A DNA stretch of 64,000 nucleotides from Lingula anatina (Eukaryota; Animalia; Brachiopoda), in assembly GCA_051362555.1 (NCBI GenBank), contig CM120640.1, forward strand, positions 52,554,788-52,618,787, written 5' to 3'. The notes under the pieces were generated by a model. The model saw only the letters and a program-made list of their open reading frames with translations, did no database searches and was not told the DNA's origin. The stretch's first letter is position 1, and each line of letters starts with the position of its first letter. The position numbers were made by a program, and so were the translations under genes. This document shows positions 1 to 9,609 of the stretch, in pieces.

Positions 1-55
1 ACTTACATAATAATTGAAAAGAATTCATAGTTGAATGAATATGAATATTTTTCAG

Positions 56-206
56 AATCCCAGTAAACCGCACTTCAACCACTATCTGTTTGAAAGTATC
101 TGTATAGCCATCAGATCCACCTGTAAAGCAGACCTCCAGGCTGTCACCAGCTTTGAGAGTGGATTGTTTCCTCCTTTTCAAGCAATTCTACAACAAGATG
201 TGCAAG
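56..206 (+). CDS. CSE1L: Exportin-2 (CSE1L/CAS), internal coding exon; gene continues upstream of the window
   Basis: ttttcag acceptor and gtag donor; encodes NPSKPHFNHYLFESICIAIRSTCKADLQAVTSFESGLFPPFQAILQQDVQ, matching the remembered CSE1L segment NPSKPHFNHYMFE...ILQNDVQ. Confidence 0.97.
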
Positions 207-594
207 GTAGGTGGGACCTTGTGTTAGAGACTGAGTTTTTTTTTCACCTGATCATGGACATGAGAAATTTTTGTTTCTTTTCAGTTCAAAAATGGGTTTT
301 AAGTCAAAATATTTAGAAAATAATCTATTCTCTCTCTGCAACAGAATTTTTAAAATAAGTAGATTATACTTATAAAACAAAATTGCAATTTTTTAAATAA
401 CTTTTTGAATTTTGCATATTGACATGAAAATCTCTGCTATCTACAGAGAGAGGTTCAAGCTGAATGTAAAATCAGTACTGTGTGACCAAAAACACCAGTT
501 AGATATCATCAAATACATGCTCATAAGGTCAGTGGGGTTGTGTGACCCACCAGTGATTATTGAAAACTAACTGTCTTCTATTTGTTTGTTCTAG

Positions 595-794
595 AGTTCA
601 TACCATATGTGTTCCAAATTTTATCTCTGTTACTGGAGATGCACGTAGATAGTATTCCTGAGTCTTACATGGCCCTGTTCCCCCACCTCCTGACACCTGT
701 ACTGTGGGAGAGACCAGGCAACATACCTCCTCTTGTCAGACTACTGCAGGCCTATATAGAGAAAGGATCAAGGTCTATTGGAGCTGAAAAAGTA
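595..794 (+). CDS. CSE1L: Exportin-2 coding exon
   Basis: ctag acceptor, gtgagt donor; EFIPYVFQILSLLLEMH...YMALFPHLLTPVLWERPGNIPPLVRLLQAYIEKG; phase fits the previous exon. Confidence 0.97.
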
Positions 795-843
795 GTGAGT
801 GCTGTTAAATGATAGCTATTGTTGACCTTGATAAAATGTAGCT

Positions 844-844
<1 letters not shown>

Positions 845-876
<32 letters not shown>
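845..876. repeat. Poly(T) run of about 32 nt
   Basis: Directly visible. Confidence 0.95.
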
Positions 877-963
877 CAGTAGCATAGCAGCAGTCAATAA
901 GGATTATTGTACCACCAGCGTAGGCGCTGGCGGTACACATGGTTTTAGTCCCAACCCGTATGT

Positions 964-1017
964 TCCGCCGGCTCCTGCGGCTCCTGCGGCTCCGCCGGCT
1001 CCTGCGGCTCCGCCGCC
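964..1017. repeat. 9-bp GC-rich minisatellite (tccgccggc/tcctgcggc units) in the HINE 5' block
   Basis: About six directly visible units. Confidence 0.9.
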
Positions 1018-1920
1018 AAGTCACCGTTACCGCTTCTCCTCCTAGACGGTAAGGGCCTCCATACCCATCTCTTGGATTTAGGTCACCTATAATCTCAACT
1101 CGTTCCACGTAAAATTTGGGCTTTGTCGGTATTGGGGTCTAGGTGTGGCACTCATTGCAATGCACCCTTGTCCAAAAATGGCAAAATTAAATGCTAATTA
1201 TCTCCCCTACGGAAGGAATTATGGGAAAAATTTCTACAGACAGCTTTCCAAAAGTCATATGTGTAGATTTCATATATGCCCTTGGATTTGACCTTTGACC
1301 TTTATTTCAAGGTCAAAAAGGCCAAAATTTTCAAAAAAACAAAATTTTTGCCGAAAAAAAAATTATTTGCGGCCTTATTCAGATACCACACAGACTTAAC
1401 TAATAATATTAATGGAAATTGTTACCCTTCGGGTCATCTTTCATCTCTGTGAATTTGGGGTCAATCGGTGCATTTTCACGGGAGTAGCGGCCATAAGATA
1501 TCGAAACTTAAAACTGTCTCTAATTTGGGAACCGTTAATTCTAGACACCCATTCTTTTTTGCATTTTGTAGAGCATGTAAAGCCCAACACTGGAGGTGGT
1601 CTCCGTTTTTTTGTATTCCATACCGTTTTCGAGTTACGCTGTATCAAAAAGTACATATTGGTGGTGAAAGCAAAATGTGCAGTACGGTAATGGATAATAA
1701 ATTTTGAACTCCGGAAAAATAAAACATAAGGCTTGGCAAAGCAGACAACTTGTGGTCAAAAATGACATTATTTCATCAAATTTGAACATCTGGAACTTCA
1801 GAGCACCTCCTATTTCAAGAATTTTGACCAAAATGACCTTTTCTTTATTTTAATTAATTTTTTCTGTAGGAAATTTGTGGCACATTATGGTAACTCCAAA
1901 ATTAAAACATTTAGTCCCTT

Positions 1921-3075
1921 ATATCTCCAAAACTGGCAGAGATAGGTCCATAGTTACTATTGAAGTTGAATAGGAAGTCATATACTGGCAATCTAAATGT
2001 GACCTTAAAATTGACCTTTGACCTACTTTTCACCATGAACTGAACTTTGCAAATTTTGCTTCCCTTTTATCTCCAAAACTGGCAGAGATAGGTCCATAGT
2101 TTCTATTGAACTTGAATAGGAAGTCATATACTGGCAATCTAAATGTGACCTTAAAATTGACCTTTGACCTACTTTTCACCATGAACTGAACTTTGCAAAT
2201 TTTGCTTCCCTTTTATCTCCAAAACTGGCAGAGATAGGTCCATAGTTACTATTGAAGTTGAATAGGAAGTCATATACTGGCAATCTAAATGTGACCTTAA
2301 AATTGACCTTTGACCTACTTTTCACCATGAACTGAACTTTGCAAATTTTGCTTCCCTTTTATCTCCAAAACTGGCAGAGATAGGTCCATGGTCTCTATTG
2401 AACTTGAATAGGAAGTCATATACTGGCAATCTACATGTGACCTTAAAATTGACCTTTGACCTACTTTTCACCATGAATTGAACTTTGCAATTTTGCTTCC
2501 CTTTTATCTCCAAAACTGGCAGAGATAGGTCCATAGTTACTATTGAAGTTGAATAGGAAGTCATATACTGGCAATCTAAATGTGACCTTAAAATTGACCT
2601 TTGACCTACTTTTCACCATGAACTGAACTTTGCAAATTTTGCTTCCCTTTTATCTCCAAAACTGGCAGAGATAGGTCCATGGTCTCTATTGAAGTTGAAT
2701 AGGAAGTCATATACTGGCAATCTAAAAGTGACCTTAAAATTGACCTTTGACCTACTTTTCACCATGAACTGAACTTTGCATATTTTGCTTCTCCTTTATC
2801 TCCAAAACTGGCAGAGATAGGTCCATAGGTCCATAGTTGCTATTGAACGTGAATAGGAAGTCATATACTGGCAATCTAAGTGTGACCTTGAAATTGACCT
2901 TTGACCTACTTATTATCATGAACTGAACTCTGCTAATTTCTTTTTCTTTTAACTCCAAACCTGGCAGAGATAGGCCCATAGTTACAATTGAAGTTGAATA
3001 GGAAGTCATATACTGGCAATTTACTGTGACCTTGGAATTGACCTTTGACCTACCTTATGATGAACTTAACTTTGA
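1921..3075. repeat. Satellite-like tandem array, about 8 copies of a 146-bp unit
   Basis: atctccaaaactggcagagataggtcc recurs at 1923, 2069, 2215, 2361, 2506, 2652, 2798 and (diverged) about 2951. Confidence 0.97.
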
Positions 3076-3450
3076 TTGTACCATTTTTAGTTATATATAT
3101 ATTTTTTTCATATTTTGAAAATTCTTGTTGACTGAATTTTTACAGCTTGGCAAGCACAAGACTGGTGGCTGTGTTCCTTATTTTGTATATGTGGGGGTCT
3201 ATACGAATGCGCTTGCTCCAGCTGGTGGTACAATATTCGGAGGCGGTATCGCCTCTCTGATCCTCTAGTTTTGAGATTGGATAACAAACTTTGATTTTTA
3301 ATTCCCTGATATCAAATAAGAAAAGATGTCAAAATTTTTTTTAAGACAGATGAAGCTGAAGTTTTACTTTGCTAGTAAAACAATGTGTTAAAGACCAAGT
3401 AGTTAACTGTTGCAGTTTAAAAAAGTGGAAATGGTCTTTCTTTATTTCAG

Positions 3451-3548
3451 AATGGCCTCTTGGGCATATTTCAGAAGTTGATTGCTTCAAAATCTAATGA
3501 CCATGAAGGTTTTTATTTGATCAACAGTATTATTCAACATATACCAGC
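3451..3548 (+). CDS. CSE1L: Exportin-2 coding exon
   Basis: tttcag/gtaagt; NGLLGIFQKLIASKSNDHEGFYLINSIIQHIP. Confidence 0.96.
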
Positions 3549-3770
3549 GTAAGTCATTTGGCAATAAACTCTTAATTCAGTAATTACTTAATACCATAAG
3601 CTTGACTGTGTATTGTATAAGAAACTTTTTTTTCTGTTGGAATTAAAGATGTAATAATAAATTATTTGATCAATGTTTTGTCTTTATAATGATAAAATCA
3701 TTTTTTATATATTCAAGTGCCTGTACATATTCTGACTGGTCTGTTTGTCCATGTCGTCACTGTTGCTATC

Positions 3771-4036
3771 CGACACATGATGTTTGCCCCATAACTGCCA
3801 AACCATATTTTTTGTTTTACTTTCAATTTATTGGTTTTGTTTGGCAAAGAGGCAGATTGCTTTCGAAAATCAGCATGATTGTTTTACATTTACTGCAATT
3901 ACTGTTCGACACATGATGTTTGACCCATAACTGCCAAACCGTATTTTTGTTTTACTTTCAATTTAGTGGTTTTGTTTGGCAAAGAGGCAGATAGCTTTCC
4001 GAAATCGGCATGATTGTTTTACATTTACGGCAATTA
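3771..4036. repeat. Intronic tandem duplication, 2 x about 136 bp
   Basis: cgacacatgatgtttg...ttacatttac..caattac starts at 3771 and 3907 with few substitutions. Confidence 0.93.
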
Positions 4037-4486
4037 CCCCCCTCCCCCTTTTTTTTCACATAGCATTTTCAGCGGCTTTTATATCCCATGGAACTCAACT
4101 GAATCACTTGCTAGTTTTTCAATGTCCATTTTACCTGTAGTAAATAATGTAAGAGGGTAAGAATGCTGTTTTAAAGCATTTTGTAACTTAGCATCACAAT
4201 TTGCCAAAACATTATTTGGTGCACTTTTTTCTGCGTAATGTCTGACATTTGTCAGTATGTTTCAATTGCTGGATGTAAATGCAATTTTCAGTTCTTTGCT
4301 CAACATACTGGGCACGTGTTTGATGTTGAATTTGAAGGAGATCTTGTTTTTTTTAAAGTGTTTGATGTTGTGAAAGTGCTGTTTTTGTGTATTATTTCCA
4401 ATTAAAACCATTTTGTATGCCCGTTTAAAGGTTTTATCTTTTTATAATTAGTGTGTTGCAAAATACATTGTTCTTTTTATTTTCAG

Positions 4487-4572
4487 TGATGTGTTATCTC
4501 AGTACATGAAACAGGTCTTTGTGTTATTGTTCCAAAGGTTACAAAGTTCTAAAACAACTAAATATGTCAAAA
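4487..4572 (+). CDS. CSE1L: Exportin-2 coding exon
   Basis: tttcag/gtaagt; DVLSQYMKQVFVLLFQRLQSSKTTKYVK. Confidence 0.96.
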
Positions 4573-4772
4573 GTAAGTTCCAGAGAAAATTATAAAATAT
4601 TATATCTCTCAAAAGTGGTTTAAGCACCAGTCAGGGTTGTACGTAATTTTATACTTTCATTTACATTAAAGAAAGTACATTTAAAAGCATTGGCAGTAGA
4701 CTTTACACAGTTCATGTATTATCAGCATCATCTTCTGGTTGGTAAAATATAATATTACACATTGTATTTTAG

Positions 4773-4854
4773 GTTTATTGGTGTTTTTCTGCTTGTATGC
4801 CATTCAGTTCACTGCTAACACTTTGATCGAGATGGTGGATGGAATTCAACCCAA
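4773..4854 (+). CDS. CSE1L: Exportin-2 coding exon
   Basis: ttttag/gtaggt; LLVFFCLYAIQFTANTLIEMVDGIQP. Confidence 0.95.
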
Positions 4855-5103
4855 GTAGGTATAAAGTAGTGCAAAGCTCTGATGTTTTATATGTTTCTAT
4901 ATTTTTGTCACTTTTTATGTTATATATTACAGGGATTATATTTACAGCATTGGATTACATTACTGAAACTGAACTTACACGTACTTTCAAGTACAGGAAT
5001 CACTTAGAATGATAGCAGTGATTTGTGCACTGCCATTGAGTTTTTGACTTGGTCAATGCAAGTGTTGGTGTAATTGTTCTAAAAATAAGTGTTTACTCTT
5101 CAG

Positions 5104-5250
5104 AATGTTTGGAATGGTAGTAGAACGACTGTTTGTCCTGGATGTGCAGAAGGTGTCTGGTTCTATTGAGAGAAAGATCTGTGCTGTGGGGATCACAAAA
5201 ATGCTCACAGAGGCTCCCGCCATGATAGAAGGAGAATATTCAAGGTTTTG
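5104..5250 (+). CDS. CSE1L: Exportin-2 coding exon
   Basis: cttcag/gtgagt; MFGMVVERLFVLDVQKVSGSIERKICAVGITKMLTEAPAMIEGEYSRF. Confidence 0.96.
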
Positions 5251-5491
5251 GTGAGTAACTTGCCCTATAGAATAATTTGCACTAGTGGAGCTGATTGAAT
5301 CTGTGCATGGTCATTAATTTTTTGGAGATTAACAACAGGTGGTTTCTGTGATTTTGGGAAATGTGATTTGATATTTTTTATGTTGCAATTTGATTACATA
5401 CAAAAAATCGAAATATGCAAGATATATTTTAAATGTTGTTTTGGGGTGAAAGAAAGTAGTAGTATACCATTGACCTTCATTTCTTTTTCAG

Positions 5492-5589
5492 GGCTCCTTT
5501 GCTGCAAGCCTTGATAGGATTGTTTGAACTCCCTGAAGATGATACAATTCCAGAGGATGAACATTTCATTGAAATAGAGGAAACACCAG
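5492..5589 (+). CDS. CSE1L: Exportin-2 coding exon
   Basis: tttcag/gtatga; APLLQALIGLFELPEDDTIPEDEHFIEIEETP. Confidence 0.97.
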
Positions 5590-5914
5590 GTATGATGTTG
5601 TGGAAGCTCATCTGTATTCACTTCAGTTCAAATGTAAACTCTAGTCCTTGTGTAAATATTACTAAGCATGGATTTCAGAGTGACTCAGATGCAGTCTTAA
5701 AGGTAAGTGAAAGGACGAATTTGAAATCTATAAAGTTGGCTTGTGGAAAAAAAGAGCTTATGGAAAAACTACAACTTGTTTTGGGAATTCTTACACAGTG
5801 TATTTTATAGCAGCATTGTTGAAGAGTACAAAATATGCTAAGATGTTATAATTAAATCCTTTAATTAAATTTAATTAAAATGAGTAGTAATAATTTGTGT
5901 CCTTTTGTGTCCAG

Positions 5915-6045
5915 GTTATCAGACTGCATACTCACAGCTGATGTTTGCTGGCAAGAAGGAGAATGACCCTGTGGCTGCTGTACCTGATGCTAAGATTCAC
6001 CTAGCACAAAGTCTATATAAACTGTCGGCAGGACACCCGGGAAGG
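5915..6045 (+). CDS. CSE1L: Exportin-2 coding exon
   Basis: tccag/gtaagt; YQTAYSQLMFAGKKENDPVAAVPDAKIHLAQSLYKLSAGHPGR. Confidence 0.97.
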
Positions 6046-6281
6046 GTAAGTGTGTGTGTGCATGGGTATGTGGGGGGTATTGCACATAGTTTGTAGAAGC
6101 CATCTGCTAAAGGTAAAAGCAGATAAAGATGAACTGTAGTAGGTGAATTGAATTTGTTGGCTCGAAATAATTCATTCCATAAACAAACATGTAGGTTAGC
6201 ATATAAATTGCTGTTTATTTGTTTTATGACTTTTTTGTTCTGTAAAAATGGAGCTTGTTATCTTGCCCTCTACTGTTTCAG

Positions 6282-6371
6282 CTATTGCCTATGATCAGCA
6301 CAGGCCTTCAAGCAGATGCATCCACCTTCTTACAACAATACCTGCAAGCTGCTGGAGTGACATTAGTCTGA
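6282..6371 (+). CDS. CSE1L: Exportin-2 last coding exon (TGA at 6369-6371)
   Basis: tttcag acceptor; LLPMISTGLQADASTFLQQYLQAAGVTLV*, resembling the CSE1L C-terminus (...LQGYLQAASVTLL*); all nine exon phases join in frame. Confidence 0.95.
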   Translation, partial: LLPMISTGLQADASTFLQQYLQAAGVTLV

Positions 6372-7337
6372 GTACTGGAAGTAAACTGGCTGGATCAGAC
6401 AGCACTATTACTGATCTCTTACCCTTGACAGTAGAAAAAAGACAGCAAAGAGCAAAACATATTGCAATGATCCCACTCCATGTGTGATACGTTGGCCTGT
6501 AAATTTGACTCTCATGGCACTGTAGAACATGATATTGAAAAACTGGACTTTGTGTGGTGCTCCTGTTTTAAGAACAGTTAATTTTTGGTGACAGTTCCCT
6601 TTGTTGCTGGGTGAAGATTACTGTTGAGAATGAAGACAAAACATATTGTACAATTGCCAATAAATGTGGATGGGAGGGGGGTGGGTAGGTGATGCTTGTA
6701 AATCATGGAAGTACATATTTTCACTTCAACATAGAAGTAGGTGGTTAGGAGGGCAGGGAACAGGTCATGTCAAAAAATGCACGTCTCTCAGCTGTGTAAG
6801 TTATTTGATAAATGCGACTTATACTTGTTCATTATTACCTGCTTCATAGCTCTTGAAATTATTCTTTTATCCTATCAAGACAAATGATTTTATCCAAGGA
6901 GTAAAGTGGAACATCTCCTTTGGGATAGGAAATGAAACAAATTAAGTTTAATGCTTAAGTATGTATAAAACTTGTACTGAAGGGTGAATATGGAACTTTG
7001 TAGACATTAAGAATTGATTAATAAGATAATGCTTAGAATTGCACTATTGATGGGCTGAGCCAAAGGCTTACCTAACATGTAAAGGATAGTTCAAATGTTA
7101 CTACTTGTAAGCTCACAGAATTGGAAGAATGTGATCAGACTCAACAACTGTGCATTTTGAAAAAAAGTTAACAGAAACTTGTATATTTTTGGTACCTTAT
7201 CATTTACAGCATATGCCATAATAAAATTCTTCCAGTTTTGTTGCATGTAATGCATATTGTAATCAAATTTGCACACTGCATATTGTGAATATATTGCAAG
7301 ATATTTACAATGTAAAGAGCCCAGAGATGTGGTGTGA

Positions 7338-7343
7338 AATAAA
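7338..7343 (+). terminator. Candidate poly(A) signal of CSE1L
   Basis: AATAAA followed by GT/T-rich tracts (tctgtttct, tttggtttt); it is the last AATAAA before the convergent OST4 3' end; earlier AATAAA copies exist near 6659 and 7220. Confidence 0.5.
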
Positions 7344-7444
7344 TTTGATCTGTTTCTACACGTGACTGATCTTTGGTTTTTGACAGCCATTTGCTAACCA
7401 GGATAAAAGAAGATCATCATATTGTGCACAACAGAAAAACAAGA

Positions 7445-7683
7445 CTAGTGGACAAATATACATTTATTTTCATGACATTTTCTTTAATATTCACAATTTA
7501 CACAATTCTTGGCATGATTGAAATGTCATTCTTCTACATAATGCTTGGTCCTTGTAAACACTTCTTTGGTTGACCTTTTATGTTCAATTGATTATAGACC
7601 TTCATTTCACTTCACTTGGAATCTAGCTTGAAAGTCTGTACCATAATCGGAAGGACTCAAATGACGCTCTGGTCATAAATTAC
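7445..7683 (-). other. OST4: Probable non-coding terminal (3' UTR) exon of OST4
   Basis: Minus-strand acceptor cttattttcag ending at 7684; minus-strand AATAAA at 7468-7463 followed by GT-rich gtcttgtttttctgttgtg; 3' end approximate. Confidence 0.7.
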
Positions 7684-8280
7684 CTGAAAATAAGTAAATG
7701 ATATTCAAAATTGTTGATAAATTGGTACAAACAAAAAGTGAGAGCCAATATTCACATTTTCTGACTCTTCTGGACCTAAATGATGTTATCTCCAGAACAT
7801 ATAAAATGTCAAATAGCAGAGTTACATATAGAAATGATAGAAACCGTCTTAGCACTATATCAAAACACTGGGATATAGGAGTATATCTGGACTTTTCCTA
7901 TCCAATAAATTTTCCTACATGTGAATCATTGCTTGACCTGAATTTGGATTTGATGTGTTATATCATTTCTAATTGACAAGTAATTTAGTTCTCAATGACT
8001 GAGCAGTCACTTAAACCACCATGTCTTCCTGTAAATTTTCAGAAAAAAATACTGTCATCAGCATTTGAATGATTGTATTAAACCTCAGGTCTGCACGGGG
8101 AAAGATTAGTAGTTTTGCAGGATATGTAAACAGAAAATATGACTTTGTTATATTTTCATATTGTGATGATATACCTAAATAACATTGGAATGTCAAAATT
8201 TTACATCAATGTACATTACTGCCTTAAAAAATACTTAAAATATAATGGCACTAAACTTACTTTCCAATTTCTCCAGGTTT

Positions 8281-8394
8281 CTATTCATGTTTCTTCGGGT
8301 TGTTCACAGAAATGTAATGGTACAGCACTACCAACAGAAACAGGGTGACACCAAGTATATTGGCAAAGATAGCTAGCTGAATGTCAGTAACCAT
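8281..8394 (-). CDS. OST4: Oligosaccharyltransferase subunit 4, 37-aa single-pass membrane microprotein
   Basis: Minus-strand translation [37 protein letters not shown], near-identical to remembered human OST4 ([37 protein letters not shown]); lies in exon 8395-8261 bounded by tttttcag and gtaagt. Confidence 0.98.
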   Translation of the reverse strand: MVTDIQLAIFANILGVTLFLLVVLYHYISVNNPKKHE

Positions 8395-9004
8395 CCTGAA
8401 AAATACCAGAAAATATCTGAAAATACCCTTGACACGTTCCGTCTCTGTAAAATCAGCAGAGCATCGACTGTAGTCTGCAGCAAAATAATTATGAAATGGA
8501 CTATGATATTTTTAATAGGGTGAAAAACTCTACCAAGATGCAGTTTTAACACTAGTCCCAGTCCCATGCAGAATATCAGTAAATTTTAAGCCAAGCAAAG
8601 AATTTTTTGTAAATTTGTTCAGCTACTGTCGGTCACAAATCGCTATGATACGCGGCTATGTATCATTGCTTGGTCACTTATCTTGGAGCCTGATACCCTT
8701 AAGTTAAGTACCAACGACCTACTACATCGGAGGCAAACACTCCACCGGTAGATGTAAAACTCATAGACTCTACATGTCATATATTTTTCTAGTATGCATT
8801 GCGATTTACCAAGTAATGTGTACATGCTCTGGTAAAGGCCACCGACACTCGCAGAGCAGCGCAGTGGACCCGTATACGGGTCAAATAGTAATTCGACTCT
8901 TCCGCTTACCAGCTTGTACTTTATTTGAAATCCTAGGGTTCTTGATCTTTATGCTATTCTATTTCTTGCTATTACGATTGAAGATTACCCAGAGCGCTAC
9001 TCAC

Positions 9005-9050
9005 CTGGAATTTACCTGTGAAATCGACACGAAAGCAGACGTGTCTCCAA
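9005..9050 (-). other. OST4: Probable non-coding first exon of OST4 (start approximate; second possible donor at 8910/8909)
   Basis: Minus-strand CAG|gtgagt donor at 9005/9004 and G|gtaagc at 8910/8909, directly below the promoter motif cluster. Confidence 0.55.
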
Positions 9051-9540
9051 ATATGGCTGACGTGAGATTTGGAGAGGTCAAACGAGATTTTAAATAACCA
9101 ATCGAAAGCGGAATTCCCTTCCATGTGACCTAACATGGAGGACAAAGAACCGTGGCGGGAGTGTCCCATGCTGGAAATAATGTTTGAGTTTAAGAAAACA
9201 GATCATCAGAATACCAATTTATTCAAGGGCATTATTTCTGAACACATATTCAAGACACATGCAAAGTAATGAGGCGAGACGTTGCGACGATTGCAAGATT
9301 TCAGTGATGGAATGCGGGGACCTGTTGCGGTTTCTTTGTTGTTTTCAACTTACAATGTGTCATAACAAGCAAAGCAAATTTGCAATGTGGAATCGAAATA
9401 TGCACGAGCTCCTGGATGTACATGACATTTGTGATTTTGAGCTCAAGCGATTTACTTTAACACGTCGATTTAGTTACAGTAACATTTTATGGGTAATAGA
9501 GGTCGTAAGATCACCGTATGGAGCGACTTCCGGGTGTAGG
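9050..9540. promoter_or_regulatory. CpG-rich, probably bidirectional promoter (OST4 on -, unidentified gene on +)
   Basis: Local retention of CpG; YY1-like AATATGGC 9050-9057, CRE-like TGACGTGA 9058-9065, CCAAT 9098-9102, E2F-like TGGCGGGA 9153-9160, ETS ACTTCCGG 9526-9533; splice donors face outward on both sides. Confidence 0.7.
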
Positions 9541-9609
9541 CGGAGGTGGAGGAGGGGATTGCGAAAGGCTACATCGCGGCATGCGAATAAACGACGTTGC
9601 CTAAAGCAA
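9530..9609 (+). other. Candidate first (5' UTR) exon of an unidentified long + strand gene; start approximate
   Basis: GC-rich segment after the ETS motif ending at CAA|gtgaga; contains short ORF MRINDVA* (9581-9604); CpG depletion begins shortly afterwards. Confidence 0.5.

Larger units (their letters stand above)
904..3269 (+). mobile_element. Non-autonomous Helentron (HINE/DINE-1-like), family 1, inside a CSE1L intron
   Basis: Perfect 15-bp subterminal inverted repeats TATTGTACCACCAGC (905-919, 3221-3235); 5' hairpin gtaccaccagcg-tagg-cgctggcggtac; 9-bp GC-rich minisatellite; central tandem array; 3' stem-loop gaggcg-gtat-cgcctc (3240-3255); ends CTAGT in a T run with no TSD. Confidence 0.85.

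Noticed and set aside
845-903. Poly(T) as the tail of a retroposed insertion
   Set aside because: Only about 27 bp separate it from the HINE, and I found no TSD or SINE/LINE body.
752-1108. 118-aa minus-strand ORF with RS-rich and poly-Lys stretches
   Set aside because: It is the translation of the HINE 9-bp minisatellite and the poly(T) run, antisense to CSE1L.
1921-3075. Regular array as CRISPR, and the repeated MTSYSTSIVTM ORFs as genes
   Set aside because: Units are contiguous with no unique spacers, the context is a eukaryotic intron, and the ORFs simply follow the repeat period.
8030-8062. Minus-strand CTGATGA...CTGAAA as a hammerhead ribozyme or C/D snoRNA
   Set aside because: Stem II does not close correctly, stems I and III are absent, and the C-to-D distance is far too short.
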